This document shows positions 43,145-52,243 of a stretch of DNA of 64,000 bases, piece after piece. The notes beneath the pieces were generated by a model. It saw only the letters and a program-made list of their open reading frames with translations, was not told where the DNA came from and searched no databases. This stretch comes from a virus: IMG/VR virus record IMGVR_UViG_3300031963_009547; one strand, given 5' to 3'. Position numbers and translations under genes: made by a program. Each line of letters opens with the position of its first letter. Position 1 is the first letter of the stretch.

Positions 43145-43648
43145 ATGAAAAGAATAGTAAGACTTACAGAATCTGATTTGGTTAGAATGGTTAAAAAAGT
43201 TATTTCTGAACAAGACCTATCAGAAAAACTTAATTTTGAAGATTATTATAAAGAAATATTACCTCAATTAATACTAAAAATTCAACCTAAAATAAACTCA
43301 GTTTTAGGTACAGACCAATTTGTTTTGTTACCGGTTGTTAAAAACGGAAACATATCTTTCAACGTTCTAAATAAGAAACACCCAATGAAAAATAGAAGAG
43401 AAGCTTTTGGTGATAATACATACAAAATAGACAGTGCTTATCCGTTGCAAAATGCTACTAAATTCACACGATGGTTAGAAAGACAAGCAATCTATGTTGA
43501 AAGTTTATTCAGTGATACTGATAGATTATATTTCCCTAAACTAAATAAACTTGAAGATGGATGGTTAGAACGTCCTTGGTTAGAAGGTGTAGAAGAGTTT
43601 ATCGTCTCAAGTGATTGGTTTAACAAGGCTATGAAATACCAAAAATAA
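43145..43648 (+). CDS. Hypothetical protein with an N-terminal 'RLTESDLVRMVKKVISEQ' leader (putative head-internal protein)
   Basis: Has its own TATTTATA box and terminator; amphipathic leader ending in E. Confidence 0.6.
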   Translation: MKRIVRLTESDLVRMVKKVISEQDLSEKLNFEDYYKEILPQLILKIQPKINSVLGTDQFVLLPVVKNGNISFNVLNKKHPMKNRREAFGDNTYKIDSAYPLQNATKFTRWLERQAIYVESLFSDTDRLYFPKLNKLEDGWLERPWLEGVEEFIVSSDWFNKAMKYQK

Positions 43649-43657
43649 TAGTATTTT

Positions 43658-43685
43658 AAACCCACCCCACAAAGGTGGGTTTTTT
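43658..43685 (+). terminator. Rho-independent terminator
   Basis: aaacccacc-ccacaaa-ggtgggttt followed by a T run. Confidence 0.75.
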
Positions 43686-43690
43686 GTTAA

Positions 43691-43718
43691 TTGACAATCC
43701 ACATAAAATTCTTATCTT
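43691..43718 (+). promoter_or_regulatory. Sigma70-type promoter
   Basis: TTGACA-N16-TATCTT upstream of the primase. Confidence 0.6.
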
Positions 43719-43724
43719 TTATAT

Positions 43725-44642
43725 GTGGAAGCAGAAGAGTTAATCATAGACCTTATTGGTAATATTTTTGGTGAGCCAAAGATGATAAATGAAATTAGAG
43801 GACAAATCTCGGTTGATTGTCCTGTGTGCTCATATACCATTAAAGGTCTTGATAAGTTAGATGGAAAAGGAAATCTTGAGATTAACTATCAAGGACACGT
43901 TTACAAGTGTTGGGCTTGTGCTGAAACACATGGAACTCACGGACACTTAGGAAAACTTATAGATAAGTTTGGCTCCAAAAAAGATAAAAAAATCTATAAG
44001 TTAATTAAACCAGACGAGTTTGAAAAAAAGGAAAAGGTTTATAAAAAACTTGAACTACCAAAAGAATATAAAAAATTTGACGAGATACACCCACTTCACA
44101 TACCAAGAAAAGAAGCTCTGAACTATTTGAAAAAAAGAGGTATCACCGATGATATTATTGAAAAGTATCAAATTGGTTTATGTTTAGAAGGTGAATATGC
44201 TGGTAGAATTATCGTCCCATCTTTTAATAAGAAAGGTGAATTAAACTTTTTTGTATCAAGGTCGTGGAACCCACGAAGCAAATTGAAATATAAAAATCCA
44301 GAAGCATCAAAAGACTTTTTAATTTTCAATGAGAGTTTAATTGATTGGAAAAAAGACATATACCTTGTTGAAGGAGTCTTTGATAGTTTTTTCTTGGACA
44401 ATTCAATTTGTTTATTAGGAAAGTTTTTAACAGACAACCTTTGGGAAAAACTATATTCAAAGGCAAAGAAAAATATTATAGTTTGTTTAGATGGTGATGC
44501 TTACACTGACGCCAAAAACCTATACGACAAACTAAACGGAGGTGCTTTATATAACAGAGTTAAGTTAGTGAAGTTACCAAAAGATAAAGATGTATGTGAC
44601 CTTAAAGGTGACATTGAAAAATATTACGTAGAATTTAAATGA
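43725..44642 (+). CDS. DNA primase (zinc finger + TOPRIM)
   Basis: CPVC...CWAC, YLKKRGI, RIIVP, KYKNP, LVEGVFD, CLDGDA. Confidence 0.88.
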   Translation: MEAEELIIDLIGNIFGEPKMINEIRGQISVDCPVCSYTIKGLDKLDGKGNLEINYQGHVYKCWACAETHGTHGHLGKLIDKFGSKKDKKIYKLIKPDEFEKKEKVYKKLELPKEYKKFDEIHPLHIPRKEALNYLKKRGITDDIIEKYQIGLCLEGEYAGRIIVPSFNKKGELNFFVSRSWNPRSKLKYKNPEASKDFLIFNESLIDWKKDIYLVEGVFDSFFLDNSICLLGKFLTDNLWEKLYSKAKKNIIVCLDGDAYTDAKNLYDKLNGGALYNRVKLVKLPKDKDVCDLKGDIEKYYVEFK

Positions 44643-45505
44643 TAGATTTAACAGAAGTAGCAAAAGAAATACGAGACATTATATCCGAAAAACAAAAAGA
44701 GTTTCAATTAACTTTTGAGGAAGATAAACACAAATACACAATGTTAGATGTAAATGGTGTTGTTAGAGACGATTTTCCATCTGTATCAAAAGTAATGAAG
44801 TTGTTTTATGACGAGTTTCCCGCTGAAGAAGTGGCAAAAAAACTTGCAAAGGGTAATCCTTATGTTATGCACACTTATTTAGAAGAATGGAAACAATCTG
44901 GTATTATCTCAACAAATATGGGTAGTAGAGTTCACTATGAACTTGAATTAGAAACCATTAACAAATTCAAAATAAATAAAGAGGTTCGACAACCATTGTT
45001 TGAATGTGATTTAGAACTCACCATGAAAGGTGATAGAATGATAAAGGCTGGTAAAAAGTTTTTATCATTAATGGAAGAACGAGGCGCGGTATTACTCGAT
45101 ACGGAGATTGTTTTAGGGCATCCTGAATTAGGATATACCGGTCAACCCGATAAAGTTTGGTTAATGTTTAATAAACAAAAAACAGGTTTTGGTATTGTAA
45201 TTACGGATTGGAAAACCAACAAGGAAAAAAACATGGAGGTTAATGATTACACAAAACCAATGAAAAAACCTTTTGAAAAACTACCAAACAACGCTCTTGG
45301 TCACTACAACACACAATTACCTTTTTATGGTAAGTTATTATTAAAGATGTTGGAAGGTACTAAATACGGGAACATTCCTTTAATGGGTGGAGTAATAGTT
45401 CATCTAAATGAAAACTTAGAGTTCAAAGAATACCGTATACCAAGAGATGTTGTTGATACAATCTTGAAAATGGATATGTCTAAGTATTTGACTAAATTAA
45501 ACTAA
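44639..45505 (+). CDS. PD-(D/E)xK exonuclease (Cas4/RecB-like)
   Basis: PSVS, GSRVH, GQPD, ITDWKTNK, HYNTQLPFY. Confidence 0.8.
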   Translation: MIDLTEVAKEIRDIISEKQKEFQLTFEEDKHKYTMLDVNGVVRDDFPSVSKVMKLFYDEFPAEEVAKKLAKGNPYVMHTYLEEWKQSGIISTNMGSRVHYELELETINKFKINKEVRQPLFECDLELTMKGDRMIKAGKKFLSLMEERGAVLLDTEIVLGHPELGYTGQPDKVWLMFNKQKTGFGIVITDWKTNKEKNMEVNDYTKPMKKPFEKLPNNALGHYNTQLPFYGKLLLKMLEGTKYGNIPLMGGVIVHLNENLEFKEYRIPRDVVDTILKMDMSKYLTKLN

Positions 45506-45516
45506 TAAATTATATT
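45488..45516 (+). promoter_or_regulatory. Sigma70-type promoter
   Basis: TTGACT-N17-TATATT. Confidence 0.5.
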
Positions 45517-45521
45517 GTATT

Positions 45522-45614
45522 ATGCAAATAACAATTACACCTACGTGGGTAACAACAACGAGTTGGGACCGATTATTACCGATTAAAATAAATGTAAATT
45601 ATATAATAAAATGA
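45522..45614 (+). CDS. Unannotated 30-aa ORF
   Basis: MQITITPTWVTTTSWDRLLPIKINVNYIIK*; follows the promoter, ATGA overlap with 45611. Confidence 0.45.
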   Translation: MQITITPTWVTTTSWDRLLPIKINVNYIIK

Positions 45615-45829
45615 GCGATGAAATTATTCAACCAAGAATCAATCTAAAAGAACAACCGACTATTGTTTGTGGTGATTGTGGAGGTATGTACTTCAAAGAA
45701 GTTACGATGTTAAAAAAAGTATCAAAAATTTTAACAGGGGCTTCCGAAGATACTATTGTACCATTCCCAACTTACATATGTAATAAATGTGGATTTGTGA
45801 ATGAGGAATTCCAATTATTTGATAACTAA
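45611..45829 (+). CDS. Small zinc-ribbon protein
   Basis: CGDCG...CNKCG. Confidence 0.7.
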   Translation: MSDEIIQPRINLKEQPTIVCGDCGGMYFKEVTMLKKVSKILTGASEDTIVPFPTYICNKCGFVNEEFQLFDN

Positions 45830-45975
45830 TGGAAATAGGAAAATTGACTATAAGTGAGGCGTATCCATATCTTAAAGATGTGGCACTTGCTTATGGTCTT
45901 AAATTAAATAGGGCAAAAGATTTTAAATTCGCAAGAATTATTTTAGCAAACCTTTATAGTAGAGAATTGATATGA
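45829..45975 (+). CDS. Unannotated 48-aa hypothetical protein
   Basis: MEIGKLTISEAYPYLKDVALAYGLKLNRAKDFKFARIILANLYSRELI*; TAATG and ATGA coupling on either side. Confidence 0.6.
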   Translation: MEIGKLTISEAYPYLKDVALAYGLKLNRAKDFKFARIILANLYSRELI

Positions 45976-46211
45976 CACACAAAGAATTTTATTTTTGGTT
46001 AGAAGGATATCTTCATGGAAGGTTAGAAGATGAAAAACTTGAGATTGCACCAATCATTGAAAAAATGAACGAGGTTAAAGAAGATAGTAAAATTGGTATT
46101 GCAGAACCATTCAGAGTTCCGATGCCAATCAACCCTTTTCCAAATGACTCAGACCCATACAGACCACCATACGAAGTATATTGCGGAGACAAAACACAAT
46201 TAAATGATTAA
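45972..46211 (+). CDS. Hypothetical protein
   Basis: 79 aa, MTHKEFYFWLEGY start, overlap-coupled. Confidence 0.6.
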   Translation: MTHKEFYFWLEGYLHGRLEDEKLEIAPIIEKMNEVKEDSKIGIAEPFRVPMPINPFPNDSDPYRPPYEVYCGDKTQLND

Positions 46212-46983
46212 GAAACTTATACACTTTTCAGACTTACATATCCGTCTTTTTAAAGACCACGATTTGTATAAATCTATTTTGGAAACGGCAATAGAACAGT
46301 GGAGAGAATTAAATCCTGATAGGATTGTATTCACTGGTGACCTAGTACACTCTAAAAACCAAATGACACCCGAACTTATTGAGATGGTTAGATGGTTATT
46401 GACTGAATGTTCATACATCGCAAAAACAATCATTATTCCTGGTAACCACGACTTTTTGGTAAATAACACGGAAAGATTAGATGCACTTTCACCTATCATT
46501 AGTTCACTTAATAGTGATAACATTTCTTACTATAAAGACAGAGGTGTATATGAAGATGAAAACATCAGTTGGTGTGTTTATTCACAATATCAAGGAAACA
46601 TTCCACCTGATTTAACTGAATCAAAGGGAAGACGAATTGGATTATTTCATGGACCAATTCAAGGAATGAAAACTGACTTAGGGTTTGACTTTGGTGAAGA
46701 GGCTTATGATGTTGAAAAGTTTGATGGACTTGAAACCGTATTATGTGGTGATATTCACAAACGACAAGAGTTCAAGTTTAAGACTGGTAAAGGTTATATG
46801 ATTGGAAGTCCTATACAACAAAATATTGGTGAAAGTATTGGACGACATGGTTATGGGATTTATGATGTAGAAACAAAAGATTATACTTATGTTGATTTAG
46901 ATAATCCAAAACCATTTTTAAAGTTCTCCATAAAATCATTTGAAGATATTGAAAGTGGAACAGAAAAACTCCAAAATATATAA
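46204..46983 (+). CDS. Mre11/SbcD (gp47-like) nuclease subunit
   Basis: HFSDLH, FTGDLVH, PGNHD, LFHG, CGDIHKRQ, GSPIQQN metallophosphoesterase motifs. Confidence 0.88.
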   Translation: MIKKLIHFSDLHIRLFKDHDLYKSILETAIEQWRELNPDRIVFTGDLVHSKNQMTPELIEMVRWLLTECSYIAKTIIIPGNHDFLVNNTERLDALSPIISSLNSDNISYYKDRGVYEDENISWCVYSQYQGNIPPDLTESKGRRIGLFHGPIQGMKTDLGFDFGEEAYDVEKFDGLETVLCGDIHKRQEFKFKTGKGYMIGSPIQQNIGESIGRHGYGIYDVETKDYTYVDLDNPKPFLKFSIKSFEDIESGTEKLQNI

Positions 46984-47725
46984 CAAAGAAACAATGCAGA
47001 CAGTGTCTGCATATTGTTCTGCAAATAACATTGAAGATATTGATGACTTTATCTATAAATGTTTCAAACAAGGATTTGATATAAAGAAGTATGGTCTTTT
47101 GGGAAAACCACTTAATGAAGGTGAAAAACACTTAAATACGGGTGGGATTGAAGAAAAACAGGTGGAAAATGAGGTAATTCGAGAAATACGGGTGGAAGTA
47201 CCAGTCGAAGTAATCAAAGAGGTTGAGAAAATAGTTGAGGTTCCTGTTGAAGTTATTAAAGAAGTACCGGTTGAAAAAGTGGTAATACAAGAGGTAATTA
47301 AAGAGGTTCCTGTGGAAAGAGTGGTTGAAAAAATAATTCAAACCTCTGATGATACCCAGATAAATGAACTATTGTCAAAAATAGAACAGTTAAACGGAGA
47401 AATTTCGATTAAGTGTCTTGAAATTGACAATATTAGACAAGAATTTTCCACTAAAACGGAAGAAATGGAAAATATTTTCCAAGATAAAATGTCTAAAAAG
47501 GATGTAGAGTTAGACGAACTTAGACGTAATTTAGACATTCCCGTAACAAATGATAGGTTAAATATGTTACAACAAACAATTCAAAACCTTAATTCTGAAA
47601 TAAGGGATTTGAAAAAGAAAAATGAAGAATTAGAAAATAAACTGTTAGCACAACCAAAAGAAAGTGACTTTACAAGAGCTCGTTTTCATGGAAGTTCTAA
47701 CCTAAACGATGGATTATATAAATAA
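46940..47725 (+). CDS. EVPV (articulin/alveolin-like) repeat and coiled-coil protein
   Basis: VEVPVEVIKEVEKIVEVPVEVIKEVPVEKVV..., then heptads. The start may be further downstream (46956 or 46993). Confidence 0.6.
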   Translation: MKILKVEQKNSKIYNKETMQTVSAYCSANNIEDIDDFIYKCFKQGFDIKKYGLLGKPLNEGEKHLNTGGIEEKQVENEVIREIRVEVPVEVIKEVEKIVEVPVEVIKEVPVEKVVIQEVIKEVPVERVVEKIIQTSDDTQINELLSKIEQLNGEISIKCLEIDNIRQEFSTKTEEMENIFQDKMSKKDVELDELRRNLDIPVTNDRLNMLQQTIQNLNSEIRDLKKKNEELENKLLAQPKESDFTRARFHGSSNLNDGLYK

Positions 47726-47727
47726 CT

Positions 47728-48075
47728 ATGAATCTTTTAATTTGGGCGGTCGTAGCCTATGGAATGACGACAATTTTAGTGTATGGGTCTATATTTAATG
47801 GACTAAGAAATGGAATTCATAAATGGGGTAATAACAAGTCATTACCATTTAACTTTTTAGGGAAGTTCTTATCAGGTTTGATATCTTGTGTGATGTGTAC
47901 TTCTACATGGGTTGGATTCTTTTTATCATTGGCATATTTTTCACCTAACGTGGAAATTAATGGACTTAATAAAATAATTTCAGTATTCTTTGATGGTATG
48001 TTAGCCGCAGGTTTTGTGTGGGGTATTAACGGAATAATTGAATGGTTTGAAGAAAATAGACCTAGTAACAAATAA
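47728..48075 (+). CDS. Membrane protein, DUF1360-like
   Basis: Hydrophobic helices, LISCVMCTSTWVG (CxxCxSxW). Confidence 0.6.
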   Translation: MNLLIWAVVAYGMTTILVYGSIFNGLRNGIHKWGNNKSLPFNFLGKFLSGLISCVMCTSTWVGFFLSLAYFSPNVEINGLNKIISVFFDGMLAAGFVWGINGIIEWFEENRPSNK

Positions 48076-48094
48076 TAATTAAATAAAATAAAAA

Positions 48095-48340
48095 ATGGGA
48101 AAAGCAGCAAAAGAACACCGACTAAAAGTTTTGAAAAGAAATCGTAGAATGCAACATGAGAAAAACAAAATCTCAAAAGAATGGAACGTTGCGATGCAAG
48201 AGCAAATGGAGAAATTGAGAGAAGAGTTCGCAAAAATGTCAGCAGAAACTGAAAATAATTTAACGGTAGAAAACACAGATGAAGTTGAAACAACAAACGC
48301 GGAAGAACAACAATCAACTGAACCTGTTCCAGCCAACTAA
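48095..48340 (+). CDS. Hypothetical protein, basic N-terminus and acidic C-terminus
   Basis: 81 aa, A-rich leader. Confidence 0.55.
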   Translation: MGKAAKEHRLKVLKRNRRMQHEKNKISKEWNVAMQEQMEKLREEFAKMSAETENNLTVENTDEVETTNAEEQQSTEPVPAN

Positions 48341-48359
48341 ACCATTTAATTACGATATA

Positions 48360-50690
48360 ATGTCAAAAGACCTTGATTTTTCAAAGTTTATAAATCCAAC
48401 TATTCAAGTTGTTTGGGAAGATTTGCCTGAAAACTTTACACAAGACAAAATTAAAAGTGTTAAACATTACTTTTCTAAAAAGTATAACACGACTAATGTC
48501 AATGTATTAACAAAGGCTAAAATCACAAACACAGATGAGGTTCAAACGGTAGACGTATCAGTTAACATAACTGACGCAAACTACCAGTTGGGTTTAATGA
48601 AACAATATTTGGAAGGTAAAGGTCTTACAGGTCATACCGATGAAATCCTTTCAATTAACAAAATAGTTGAAAACAAGATTTTAGAAAAACACGAAGAAAC
48701 CACACAATTCAAAAAGTGGTATATAAAAAACATTGAGTTCTCAAACTTCTTGTCTTATGGTGAAAACCAAAGACTGGATTTTGAAAAACTTAATGGTATC
48801 GTCGTTGTTGAATCCGACCCACCAAACTTTGGAGGTAAAACGGTTTTATCTGTAGACCTTTTGATGTTCTTATTCTTCAATGAAACAACCAAAACAACAA
48901 AGGCTGAAGAAATATTCAATCGATTTACTGATAAAGATAAAGTTTATGTAAAAGGTGAAGTATCAATTGATGGTGAAGATTACATCATCGTTAGAACTAT
49001 CGAAAGAAAGTTGTCTAAGAAAGGTGAATGGAATGTAAAAACAGAATTAGACTTCTTTAAAAAACTATCGGACGGTAGTTTACAAAACTTTACAGGTGAA
49101 CAAAGACGTGAAACCGAAGCGTTCATCAAAACTTCTATTGGCACAAAAGAAGACTTCTTAATGACCATTCTTACAACCGCATCAAATCTTGAAGAATTGT
49201 TGGAAGCAAAACCAACTGCTCGTGGTCAGGTGTTATCAAGGTTTATGGGATTGGAATTTTTGAAAAGAAAAGAAGAAGTTGCAAAAGAAGTATATGGAGA
49301 TTTTTCAAAATCAAAAATGTCTAATGTATATTCTTCACAACAACTTAAAGATAACAACGAAGAGTTGAAAAATACAATTTCTGACAATTTGAAAAAAATT
49401 GAAGAAGTTAAAATTGAGTTGAAAGATATTGAGGATAAAATCAAAAAAGGGAAAGAGTATCGGGATGATATGTTAAAGAAAAAACATTCTGATATCGACC
49501 AAGAAATTTCTGTATTGAATCCTGAAAAAACACAAGAAGAAATCAATACCATCAACTATGAAAAAAGTACATTCATATCTAAAATAAATGAACTTAAAGT
49601 AGTTGAACCATCTCATTTTTATTATGAAGAAACACATGATAAAGTTAAAGAGGAGATAGATGTTCTTTATAAAGAGATTGTTAAAATTGATACAGAAATA
49701 TCATCAATCAACAAATTGAAGTCATCTGTTGAAGGTGGAATCAAATGTGAACATTGTGGAATTGAGTTAATGAATGCGGCAATTACAAACGCCAAAATCG
49801 CCGAACTTGATGGATTAATCCTACAAAAAACCACAAATGAAGCAGCAATGACGGTTTTAAACCGCACGGAAGAAGGTTTCGTACAACTTAAAAAAGAGTT
49901 TGATGAATACGAAAAAAACAAACTCATAAAGGAAAAATACGAATTATCAGTTGAAAGTTGTGATTTGAAAATTGAAAGTTTTAATTCAAAACTTAAAAGA
50001 TATTTTGAGGTCCAAGATAAGATTAAAGACAATCAACAAATTGAAACAATGTTGATTAAAGCTGATATGAGATTGGAGGAACTTGAAACACAAAAGACAT
50101 CAAAGAAATCTGAAATCACAACACTTGAGGTGGGTAATACCAACAATCAAGAAAAAATTAAAAACAACCTTAAACTGATTGAACAAATCAAAAAAGAAGA
50201 GGAAAAAGAAAAGAACTTTAAGATTTACTTGGAGTTGTTCGGTAAGAACGGGATATCAAAAATGATTATGAAAACCATGATGCCACTAATCAATTCAGAA
50301 CTTCAAAGATTGATGGAGGATAGTTCATACTTCAAATTGGAGATTAGAATCAACGATAAAAATGAGGTAGAGTTTGTGATGATTGATAACTCAACAGGAA
50401 TTGAAAAGTTGATGGTTTCTGGTTCAGGTTTTGAACGTACAATTGCCTCATTAGCACTACGTTCCGTATTAAGTAAGATATGTAGTTTGCCAAAACCCAA
50501 TGTGATTGTCTTTGACGAAATTTTCGGCAAAATTAGTAACGATAACTTAGAAATGGTTGCCGAGTTCTTCATCAAAATTAAAGAGTATTTTGACAAAATC
50601 TTCGTAATAACTCATAATCCCCTTGTGAATCAATGGAATGATAGTGTTGTAAAAATAAAAAAAGAAAATAATGTTTCAAAAGTTTTGTAA
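48360..50690 (+). CDS. Rad50/SbcC (gp46-like) ATPase with an N-terminal extension
   Basis: IEFSNFLSYG, Walker A variant PPNFGGKT, Zn hook CEHC, signature SGSGFE, Walker B IVFDE, H-loop ITHN. Likely start is the ATG at 48360. Confidence 0.88.
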   Translation: MSKDLDFSKFINPTIQVVWEDLPENFTQDKIKSVKHYFSKKYNTTNVNVLTKAKITNTDEVQTVDVSVNITDANYQLGLMKQYLEGKGLTGHTDEILSINKIVENKILEKHEETTQFKKWYIKNIEFSNFLSYGENQRLDFEKLNGIVVVESDPPNFGGKTVLSVDLLMFLFFNETTKTTKAEEIFNRFTDKDKVYVKGEVSIDGEDYIIVRTIERKLSKKGEWNVKTELDFFKKLSDGSLQNFTGEQRRETEAFIKTSIGTKEDFLMTILTTASNLEELLEAKPTARGQVLSRFMGLEFLKRKEEVAKEVYGDFSKSKMSNVYSSQQLKDNNEELKNTISDNLKKIEEVKIELKDIEDKIKKGKEYRDDMLKKKHSDIDQEISVLNPEKTQEEINTINYEKSTFISKINELKVVEPSHFYYEETHDKVKEEIDVLYKEIVKIDTEISSINKLKSSVEGGIKCEHCGIELMNAAITNAKIAELDGLILQKTTNEAAMTVLNRTEEGFVQLKKEFDEYEKNKLIKEKYELSVESCDLKIESFNSKLKRYFEVQDKIKDNQQIETMLIKADMRLEELETQKTSKKSEITTLEVGNTNNQEKIKNNLKLIEQIKKEEEKEKNFKIYLELFGKNGISKMIMKTMMPLINSELQRLMEDSSYFKLEIRINDKNEVEFVMIDNSTGIEKLMVSGSGFERTIASLALRSVLSKICSLPKPNVIVFDEIFGKISNDNLEMVAEFFIKIKEYFDKIFVITHNPLVNQWNDSVVKIKKENNVSKVL

Positions 50691-50710
50691 CTAATTTAAA
50701 AAAATATTAG

Positions 50711-50718
50711 TATATTTG
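50711..50718 (+). promoter_or_regulatory. Bacteroidota-type -7 promoter element
   Basis: TATATTTG (TAnnTTTG) upstream of 50734. Confidence 0.5.
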
Positions 50719-50733
50719 TAATAAATTATACAA

Positions 50734-51405
50734 ATGGCACTTATTAAAAAAAATAAAAATCGTAAATCTACAGGGGCTTATAAAAGACTTGTGGGAAACC
50801 AACAAATCGCTGACCTTATGACCGCATTTCATGCTGCCGCAATTTGTAATGGAAATCAAGTAAGTGATAAATTAATAGTTAGTTATGAAGGGGAATTACC
50901 CATTTATAAAGGTAAAGAAGTAAATACACCAAACAAAACTTTAAAAGTCATTGAAAAAAATCCAAATGGTGTTATTATATTTGGTGGATACATCTCTTAT
51001 TCCAATGAAAATAGAAAAGAAAAAAAACAAGAGGTTGATGTAATAGTTTTTGTTGATGGTATATTTTATTGCTATGAAATAAAAGATGGTGATAACTTGG
51101 ATACTAAAAAATCTAAATCTGAAATTGATGTTATAGAATCTTTTATGAAATATTTTTCACAAAAAGGTAAAAAAGTTGAAGTTGGTTTAATTTCTGTTAA
51201 CATGGAGAACGGAAAACATCAAATTAAAGATAAAAGAATTAACGATTATATTATTTCTGGTTTAGATTTTTGTGATAAATTCGAATTTAACTTTAATAAA
51301 TTTTTAAATTTACAAATAGATGAACAACCATATAATGAATTATTTGTGATTAAGGAAATGGAAAATATTATTTCTGAGCATAATAAAAAAAACAATAAAA
51401 AATAA
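50734..51405 (+). CDS. Putative type II restriction endonuclease (PD-(D/E)xK)
   Basis: EVDVIVFVDG..YCYEIKDGDNLDTKK, directly upstream of a methyltransferase. Confidence 0.55.
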   Translation: MALIKKNKNRKSTGAYKRLVGNQQIADLMTAFHAAAICNGNQVSDKLIVSYEGELPIYKGKEVNTPNKTLKVIEKNPNGVIIFGGYISYSNENRKEKKQEVDVIVFVDGIFYCYEIKDGDNLDTKKSKSEIDVIESFMKYFSQKGKKVEVGLISVNMENGKHQIKDKRINDYIISGLDFCDKFEFNFNKFLNLQIDEQPYNELFVIKEMENIISEHNKKNNKK

Positions 51406-51420
51406 AATATTTATATAATT

Positions 51421-52239
51421 ATGAAACCTTTATGCAAATGGTCCGGTGGTAAAAGGAATGAAATTGAAACATTTAAAGAATTTTACCCAAAAAACTATAA
51501 AAGATATATTGAACCTTTTGCTGGTGGTGCTGCGGTTTTTTTCGATTTAAACCATAAAGGTGAGAATGTAATAAATGATATTCATAGTGATTTGATTAAT
51601 TTTTATAGACAAATAAAAAATGGACATGCTAAAGAAATACATAACATTTTAAGTGGTTGGGAAATCAATGAAAATACATATTATTATGTTAGGGGAGGAG
51701 GTAAAAAATTACCAAATGGTAGTGATGTCTTTAAACCCCAAAATGATATAGAAAAAGCCGCTCAATTTATCTTCCTAAGAAGAACTTGTTTTCGAGGTAT
51801 GATAAGATATAATAGTAATGGTGGTTTTAATGTTCCTTGGGGTAAATATAAAAGTGTAAATTTTGATGATTTACTTAATGAAGAATACACGTCTTTATTA
51901 GAAAGAACAATAATAATGGAAGGTGATTATAAAGATGTATTTGATAATTACAATGGTGAAGAAAATTTTATTTTTATCGACCAACCTTATGATTCAACTT
52001 TTAATGATTATGGTGGTGATAATTTTACACGACAAAATCAATTAGAATTATTCGAAAAATTTAAATCATCTAAAAGTAAGTGTATGATGATTGTGGGAGG
52101 TAGTGATTTTATAAGAGATTTATATAAAGATTATATTATCTATGAATACCCAAAAAAATATAGTTTTAAAATTTATGCAGGAAGAATTGGAGAAGAAATT
52201 AATGTTAACCACTTAGTAATTACTAATTACAGACACTAA
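51421..52239 (+). CDS. DNA adenine methyltransferase, Dam/D12 family
   Basis: KWSGGK, YIEPFAGGAAV, INDI, FRGMIRYN..GGFNVPWG, catalytic motif variant DQPY. Confidence 0.88.
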   Translation: MKPLCKWSGGKRNEIETFKEFYPKNYKRYIEPFAGGAAVFFDLNHKGENVINDIHSDLINFYRQIKNGHAKEIHNILSGWEINENTYYYVRGGGKKLPNGSDVFKPQNDIEKAAQFIFLRRTCFRGMIRYNSNGGFNVPWGKYKSVNFDDLLNEEYTSLLERTIIMEGDYKDVFDNYNGEENFIFIDQPYDSTFNDYGGDNFTRQNQLELFEKFKSSKSKCMMIVGGSDFIRDLYKDYIIYEYPKKYSFKIYAGRIGEEINVNHLVITNYRH

Positions 52240-52243
52240 AAAA

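Noticed and set aside
47817-48336. Minus-strand ORFs of 166 and 85 aa, and other short antisense ORFs throughout the window
   Set aside because: They overlap better-supported + strand genes and show antisense-shadow composition (rich in F/S/L/I).
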